Shown here: positions 59,055 to 64,000 of the stretch, in pieces
How the letters are laid out: every line of letters starts with the position of its first letter
Position numbering within the stretch: position 1 is the first letter of the stretch
NCBI GenBank assembly: GCA_964567095.1
Contig: CAZMKN010000001.1
Coordinates: 11,675-75,674, forward strand
Direction of reading: 5' to 3'
Origin: an uncultured Candidatus Saccharibacteria bacterium
Lineage (GTDB): Bacteria; Patescibacteriota; WWE3; UBA101185; UBA10185
Length of the DNA stretch: 64,000 nucleotides
The notes under the pieces: model-generated
The model's database searches: none
What the model saw: only the letters and a program-made list of their open reading frames with translations
What the model was told of the DNA's origin: nothing
Made by a program: the position numbers and the translations under genes

Positions 59055-60245
59055 ATGCCAGAACAATTTGAAAGAACTAAACCGCACGTGAATGTGGGGA
59101 CAATCGGTCATGTAGACCATGGTAAAACGACTTTGACAGCTGCTATAACTCATGTTTTAGCTAAGAAGTATCCTTCTGATCTTAACAAAGCTCTAAACTA
59201 TGAAGATATTGAGAGCTCAGAGGAGGAAAGAAAGCGCGGTATTACAGTAAATATTTCTCACGTTGAGTATGAGACAGAGAAGCGCCATTACGCTCATATT
59301 GATGCTCCTGGACATGCTGACTATATTAAGAACATGATCACAGGTGCAGCCCAGATGGATGGTGCAATTTTAGTGGTTGCGGCTTCAGACGGACCAATGC
59401 CACAAACCAGAGAACATATATTACTTGCCAAGCAAGTAAACGTTCCCGCTATGATCGTTTTCCTGAATAAGTGCGATATGGTAGACGATCCGGAGATTTT
59501 GGATTTGGTTGAGATGGAAGTACGTGAGCTCTTGAATAAGTATAAATTTGACGGCGATAATATCCCTATCATTAGAGGTTCTGCCACCAAGGCTTTGGCG
59601 GGTGACGCCGAAGCTATTACTGCAATTGAAGAGCTGATAGATGCTGTTGATGAGCACATTCCTACACCTGAAAGAGATCTCGACAAGCCTTTCTTAATGC
59701 CTGTTGAAGATGTCTTCTCTATTTCAGGCAGGGGTACGGTTGCGACAGGAAGAGTAGAACGTGGGAAGATTGCTATAAACGAAGAGGTTGAAATAGTAGG
59801 TATTAAGGATACTTCTAAGACCGTTGTTACAGGAATAGAGATGTTCAAGAAGCAAATGAAAGAAGCTCAGGCCGGAGATAATGTAGGAATATTACTCAGG
59901 GGGGTGGATAGAGACGGTGTAGAAAGAGGCCAGGTTTTAGTAAAGACTGGAACCGTAACTCCTCATACAGAGTTTGAAGCTGAAGTCTATATTCTATCGA
60001 AAGAAGAGGGTGGAAGGCACAAGCCTTTTTTCACAGGTTATAAGCCACAGTTCTATTTGAGGACAACTGACGTTACAGGAGAGATTTCTCTTTCTGAGGG
60101 TGTAGAAATGGTTATGCCGGGTGATAACGTTGCCATTAATGTTAAATTGATAACACCAGTTGCACTAGAGGATGGTTTGCGTTTCGCTATTCGCGAGGGT
60201 GGCCACACTGTTGGTGCCGGAGTTGTTACTAAAGTGAATAAGTAA
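59055..60245 (+). CDS. tuf: elongation factor Tu
   Basis: [32 protein letters not shown] and NKCD. Confidence 0.95.
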   Translation: MPEQFERTKPHVNVGTIGHVDHGKTTLTAAITHVLAKKYPSDLNKALNYEDIESSEEERKRGITVNISHVEYETEKRHYAHIDAPGHADYIKNMITGAAQMDGAILVVAASDGPMPQTREHILLAKQVNVPAMIVFLNKCDMVDDPEILDLVEMEVRELLNKYKFDGDNIPIIRGSATKALAGDAEAITAIEELIDAVDEHIPTPERDLDKPFLMPVEDVFSISGRGTVATGRVERGKIAINEEVEIVGIKDTSKTVVTGIEMFKKQMKEAQAGDNVGILLRGVDRDGVERGQVLVKTGTVTPHTEFEAEVYILSKEEGGRHKPFFTGYKPQFYLRTTDVTGEISLSEGVEMVMPGDNVAINVKLITPVALEDGLRFAIREGGHTVGAGVVTKVNK

Positions 60246-60291
60246 CTTTTGTTATGGAGGGGCCAAAGTGCCCCTCTAAAAACTTTGTATT

Positions 60292-60612
60292 ATGGCCGAA
60301 AAAAAGAAGGAAGTTAGGATAAGAATAAAGCTCAAAGCCTATGATAGTAGGGTAATGGATGTGAGCTGCGACAAGATTGTTGAAACCGTTGTAAGGACAG
60401 GCGCTAAAGTAGTGGGCCCAGTGCCTTTACCAACCAGAAGGGAGCTATTTACTGTGATTAGAGGCCCTCATATAGATAAAAGATCTCGAGAGCAGTTTGA
60501 GCTGAGGACACACAAGCGACTTGTGGATGTATTAAATCCTACGAGTGCAACAATTGACGGGCTTTCCCATTTAAATTTACCCGCTGGTGTTGGAATTTCA
60601 TTGCAACTTTAA
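60292..60612 (+). CDS. rpsJ: 30S ribosomal protein S10
   Basis: IRIKLKAYD...[11 protein letters not shown]...GPVPLPT. Confidence 0.95.
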   Translation: MAEKKKEVRIRIKLKAYDSRVMDVSCDKIVETVVRTGAKVVGPVPLPTRRELFTVIRGPHIDKRSREQFELRTHKRLVDVLNPTSATIDGLSHLNLPAGVGISLQL

Positions 60613-60726
60613 GTTTCAAATACAAAAGTCTTGGAATTCGCTTCAAATATTGGTACAATAACCCCCGATGCAGTTTCTACTAACATAAGGTTTTAGCAAT
60701 CATGAAGGATAGGCGTTTTGCTTTTT

Positions 60727-60750
60727 GAGCCATCCGGCTCAATTTTTTTT
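60727..60750 (+). terminator. hairpin + T8 tract (intrinsic terminator/attenuator-like) inside the rpsJ-rplC spacer
   Basis: GAGCC-atcc-GGCTC followed by AATTTTTTTT, in an unusually long ~150 nt rpsJ-rplC intergenic region. Confidence 0.4.
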
Positions 60751-60764
60751 GCTAAAGATTAAAT

Positions 60765-61199
60765 ATGAAGACACTAAAAATAAAAGGAAAAAAAATAAAT
60801 ATGACCCAGGTTTTTGATGTTGAAGGTAACGTTGTGCCCGTAACCTTGGTTAATGCCTCCGATTTTGATTTCGGAACGGATATAAAAGATAAAAAACTCA
60901 GTGTTACCGGTATTTCTAAAGGTAAGGGTTTTACCGGTGTTATTAAAAGATGGCATTTTGCGAAGCAACATGTGACGCGCGGCTCTTCCAACAAAATTCG
61001 TACGGGCGGCGCTATTGGGGCCCAAACTCCTGGTAGAGTATTCAAGGGGAAGAAAATGGCAGGTAGAAAAGGCGGAAAAAGAATTACTGTTAAAGGTTTA
61101 AGAATAGTTGATTTAAAGCAAGCTGATAAGTTAATTTTGGTCTCCGGGGCTATCCCAGGTGCCAGAAATTCTCCAGTTATTTTAAACGTTGAGTTGTAA
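60765..61199 (+). CDS. rplC: 50S ribosomal protein L3 (short form, 144 aa)
   Basis: ...GKKINMTQVFD...GKGFTGVIKRWHF... Confidence 0.85.
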   Translation: MKTLKIKGKKINMTQVFDVEGNVVPVTLVNASDFDFGTDIKDKKLSVTGISKGKGFTGVIKRWHFAKQHVTRGSSNKIRTGGAIGAQTPGRVFKGKKMAGRKGGKRITVKGLRIVDLKQADKLILVSGAIPGARNSPVILNVEL

Positions 61200-61202
61200 A
61201 CT

Positions 61203-61829
61203 ATGAAAGTCGATTTTTATACAAAAACAGGCACAAAAAAGGATCCAATAGAAGTTTCAAAAGATTTATTTGGTGTAGAGCCAAACGAGCCTTTGTTACT
61301 TCAATACATACATATATTTAAAACAAATCAAAGACAAGGTACTTCGAAAGTAAAGACTCGTAGCGAAGTTTCTGGGGGCGGGAAGAAGCCTTGGCAACAA
61401 AAAGGTACAGGAAGGGCTCGTCATGGCTCAATAAGAAGTCCTATTTGGAGACACGGAGGAGTTGCCCACGGCCCATTACCTAAAAAATGGCATTTAGATT
61501 TTCCAAAAAAGATGAGAATCTTAGCATTAAAATCTGCTTTGTCCAGTAAGCTTAAAGAGGAATCTTTGGCTGTAATGGAAGCTCCAAATCTTAAGACCCC
61601 GTCTTCCAAAGAAATGGCTAAGATTTTGGCAAAGTTAGATTTGCATGGTAAAGTTCTTCTTGTTCAAAAAGAGAACAATTTAGTCGTTAGAAAGAGTGTT
61701 TCCAATTTGGAGAATGTAAAATGTTCTATGGCAGAAAACTTAAACGCTTATGAGGTGCTTTTAGCGGATCGAATTATTTTAATAAAGGATGCTCTCGAGT
61801 TTCTAGAGGAGAAGTATGAGAATAAATAA
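61203..61829 (+). CDS. rplD: 50S ribosomal protein L4
   Basis: ...GGGKKPWQQKGTGRARHGSIRSPIWRHGGVAHGP... Confidence 0.9.
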   Translation: MKVDFYTKTGTKKDPIEVSKDLFGVEPNEPLLLQYIHIFKTNQRQGTSKVKTRSEVSGGGKKPWQQKGTGRARHGSIRSPIWRHGGVAHGPLPKKWHLDFPKKMRILALKSALSSKLKEESLAVMEAPNLKTPSSKEMAKILAKLDLHGKVLLVQKENNLVVRKSVSNLENVKCSMAENLNAYEVLLADRIILIKDALEFLEEKYENK

Positions 61830-62106
61830 GATTTTGATAAAACCGATAGTGACAGAAAAAACCACAGGCCTTTATAATAGTGAAGGCGTATATACTATGG
61901 GTGTGGCTATAAGCGCCTCGAAAAACCAAATAAAGCAAGCACTAAAGGATGCTTTTGATGTGGACGCATATAATATAAGGACCGCTACAATGCCGGGAAA
62001 GCGCAAAAGAGTGGGTAAAACATGGAGATTTAATACTACCAAAATGACAAAGAAAGCATTTTTTAAACTGAAGAAAGGTAAGTTAGATTTTTACGCAGGA
62101 GACTAA
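61816..62106 (+). CDS. rplW: 50S ribosomal protein L23
   Basis: ILIKPIVTEKT... at the conserved position between L4 and L2. Confidence 0.85.
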   Translation: MRINKILIKPIVTEKTTGLYNSEGVYTMGVAISASKNQIKQALKDAFDVDAYNIRTATMPGKRKRVGKTWRFNTTKMTKKAFFKLKKGKLDFYAGD

Positions 62107-62107
62107 T

Positions 62108-62956
62108 ATGATTAAAGAATACAATCCTACTACGCCGGGTCAAAGAGGCCGTAGATCACTAAAAAAAGAGGTGGACGCTGTTCGAGCCCACAAAAGTCTG
62201 ACAAAACCTTTAAAAGGCCATGTCGGTCGTAGTAATGGAACTATCACGAGTCGCCACAGACAACGAGGCGCGAAGAAGCAATATCGGGAGATCGATTTTA
62301 AGAGAGATAAGTTTGATATACCTGCTAAAGTTGCCACGATAGAACATGACCCGAACAGGGGTGCTAATATAGCCCTTCTAAACTATGCTGATGGTGCAAA
62401 AAGGTATATTCTTGCTCCCGTGGGTCTTATGAAGGGCGCAGAGGTTATTTCGTCCGAAAGTTCCGATGCTACTGTGGGCAATAACTTAACTCTTGAAAAA
62501 ATTCCTTTAGGTGTGGAAATTCACAACGTAGAATTACATCCCGGAAAAGGTGGCCAAATTGTCCGTGGAGCAGGTACATCTGCTATACTGACCGCTAAGG
62601 AAGGGAAGTACGCCCACGTTAAATTGCCAAGTGGTGAGGTTAAGAAAATCCTGTTGAAATGTAGGGCGACAATTGGCAGTTTAAGCAATCCTGAAAAGCG
62701 GCTTGTGAATTTGGGCAAGGCGGGTAGGAAAAGGCACTTGGGGAGAAGGCCCAAAGTTAGGGGCGTGGCTCACGCAAGTCCTAGAGATCATCCCCATGGA
62801 GGCTCTTACAAGGATAACGGTATCGGTATGTCTTCTCCAAAGACGCCTTGGGGTAAAAAAACACGTGGAAAGAAAACTAGAAGTCGGCATCACACAGATA
62901 AGTATATAATTAGAGAGCGTCGTAGAGGCGGGAAGAAAAGAGGCAGAGCAAATTAA
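62108..62956 (+). CDS. rplB: 50S ribosomal protein L2 (with an Arg/Lys-rich C-terminal extension)
   Basis: ...[15 protein letters not shown]...[15 protein letters not shown]...[10 protein letters not shown]... Confidence 0.95.
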   Translation: MIKEYNPTTPGQRGRRSLKKEVDAVRAHKSLTKPLKGHVGRSNGTITSRHRQRGAKKQYREIDFKRDKFDIPAKVATIEHDPNRGANIALLNYADGAKRYILAPVGLMKGAEVISSESSDATVGNNLTLEKIPLGVEIHNVELHPGKGGQIVRGAGTSAILTAKEGKYAHVKLPSGEVKKILLKCRATIGSLSNPEKRLVNLGKAGRKRHLGRRPKVRGVAHASPRDHPHGGSYKDNGIGMSSPKTPWGKKTRGKKTRSRHHTDKYIIRERRRGGKKRGRAN

Positions 62957-62958
62957 AT

Positions 62959-63243
62959 ATGCCAAGATCATTGAAGAAAGGTCCCTTTGTGGATGTGAAA
63001 TTATTGAAAAAAATTGCTAGGGCAAAGAGTGAAAAAAAGCCCGCGCCCATTAAGACATGGTCGAGAAGATCTACTGTTATCCCTGATATGATAGGCTTAA
63101 CCATAGCCGTTCATAATGGTAGGAAACACATAGAAGTTTATATTACCGAGTCTATGGTGGGACATAAGTTAGGTGAATTTGCTCCTACTAGGACTTTTAG
63201 AGGCCATTCTTCTAAGAAATTTGTTGATAAAGGGTGGAAGTAA
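62959..63243 (+). CDS. rpsS: 30S ribosomal protein S19
   Basis: [12 protein letters not shown]...[11 protein letters not shown]...[16 protein letters not shown]. Confidence 0.95.
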   Translation: MPRSLKKGPFVDVKLLKKIARAKSEKKPAPIKTWSRRSTVIPDMIGLTIAVHNGRKHIEVYITESMVGHKLGEFAPTRTFRGHSSKKFVDKGWK

Positions 63244-63259
63244 GAAAGATTTTTATAAC

Positions 63260-63613
63260 ATGACTAACAAAGCAGAAGTATATGCAAAAAGTAAATATAT
63301 TAGAACGTCCACGAAAAAGGCTAAAGTCGCGGCTGATTTAATAAGGGGATTGGGTATAGAAGAAGCCAAAGTGTTGTTGGTATTCCATCAATCCAAGGCC
63401 GCGAGACTTTTGTTGGATGTTTTAAAATCCGCTGAAGCTAACGCAGTTAATAATTTAAAAATGAACGCCGCTAATTTGTACATAAAAGATGCCCAAGTAT
63501 CTCCCGGCCCTACATTGAAAAGAGCCCGAATCGTGGCAAGATCCCGAACGAACCCGATTCTAAAAAGAACTAGCCATTTGTTAATTGGTTTATCTGAGAG
63601 GAATTCAAAATAA
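63260..63613 (+). CDS. rplV: 50S ribosomal protein L22
   Basis: MTNKAEVYAKSKYIRTSTKKAKVAADLIRG... The start is at ATG 63260; the listed 63173 start is an upstream in-frame extension with no L22-like sequence. Confidence 0.85.
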   Translation: MTNKAEVYAKSKYIRTSTKKAKVAADLIRGLGIEEAKVLLVFHQSKAARLLLDVLKSAEANAVNNLKMNAANLYIKDAQVSPGPTLKRARIVARSRTNPILKRTSHLLIGLSERNSK

Positions 63614-64000
63614 TGGGTCAGAAAATACACCCGTACGGTTTCAGAGTAGGTATATCAAAACCTTGGAGGTCGAATTGGTTTGCAGATAAAGAAAGTTATG
63701 GCGATCTTGTTTTGGAGGATCATAAGATTCGTGAATTACTTGAAGACCGTCTCTTTGCGGCAGGTCTTAAAGAAATAGAAATAAAGAGATCTGTCAACGA
63801 ACTGGACTTAGTGCTTAAGGTCTCTCGTCCTGGATTGGTGATTGGAAGAAAGGGTTCCGGAGTGCAGCAATTGGAGAAGGATCTGAAGGAAATAACGGAT
63901 TCTAAAGTGAAACTCACGGTGGAGGAAATAAAGACTCCCGAGATCGAGGCTCGTTTAGTTGCTCAATATATCGATCGTCAAATGAGACGCAGAATGTCGT
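63613..64000 (+). CDS. rpsC: 30S ribosomal protein S3 (3'-truncated by window edge)
   Basis: MGQKIHPYGFRVGISKPWRSNWFA...KH domain LVIGRKGSGVQQLEKDL. The start overlaps the L22 stop (TAATG), and the frame stays open to the window end. Confidence 0.85.
   Translation, partial: MGQKIHPYGFRVGISKPWRSNWFADKESYGDLVLEDHKIRELLEDRLFAAGLKEIEIKRSVNELDLVLKVSRPGLVIGRKGSGVQQLEKDLKEITDSKVKLTVEEIKTPEIEARLVAQYIDRQMRRRMS

Noticed and set aside
63173-63259. Upstream extension of L22 ([14 protein letters not shown]...) overlapping rpsS
   Set aside because: The extension is hydrophobic and not L22-like. Canonical L22 sequence begins at ATG 63260 (MTNKAEVYAKSKYIR...) right after the S19 stop.

Overview
This 64 kb window looks like a compact, low-GC bacterial chromosome segment. 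Short genes, a reduced rpoB/rpoC, a TRAM-less MiaB and the absence of rplKAJL ahead of rpoB fit a reduced-genome lineage such as Patescibacteria/CPR; that taxonomic call is inference only.

Housekeeping core, 1-21 kb, plus strand: pnp (5'-truncated at the window edge), a Lon-like AAA+ module with no protease domain, a family-4 uracil-DNA glycosylase, RNase J, FtsK, a RodZ-like protein, a YtxG/YtxH-like pair, a membrane-anchored VirB4/VirD4-superfamily ATPase with a degenerate PilM/FtsA-like protein and a bitopic membrane protein, RuvX, a HAD hydrolase, MiaB-like and MiaA, an AI-2E transporter, RNase P RNA (minus strand, ~19478-19898, not in the ORF track) and MltG.

Accessory, AT-richer block, about 21-36.3 kb, almost all minus strand: unknown membrane proteins, a GT-C-like protein, an HExxH protein, and a tightly coupled seven-gene operon. 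The operon encodes a PEP-utilising-enzyme-domain protein, a polyprenol/phytol-kinase-like membrane protein, a thioester reductase, a BtaA-like DUF3419 protein, a formyltransferase, an acyl-AMP ligase and a UbiA prenyltransferase. The block ends at a tRNA-Pro(GGG) gene on the minus strand (36254-36332). A 15-of-16-nt copy of the tRNA 3' end sits at 26372-26387, so the ~10 kb between the two copies looks like an integrase-less genomic island. A family of four related intergenic repeats (GGTCGAG-N6-GGTCATGAAAT) lies in this region.

36.4-48.2 kb: a zinc-ribbon-repeat protein, a membrane protein with an acidic E/P/T-rich tail, an Nramp-like transporter, a TrmB-like methyltransferase, DUF167, TatD, and a glycosylation block (processive GT2, MraY/WecA-like GT4, TPR-bearing GT-C).

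48.2-64 kb: lepB, then a conserved rpoB-rpoC-rpsL-rpsG-fusA-tuf-rpsJ-rplC-rplD-rplW-rplB-rpsS-rplV-rpsC(partial) cluster.

No CRISPR array, rRNA, transposase or integrase was seen. The best candidates for a previously undescribed system are the island-borne lipid/isoprenoid tailoring operon and the ATPase/PilM-like/bitopic membrane module.
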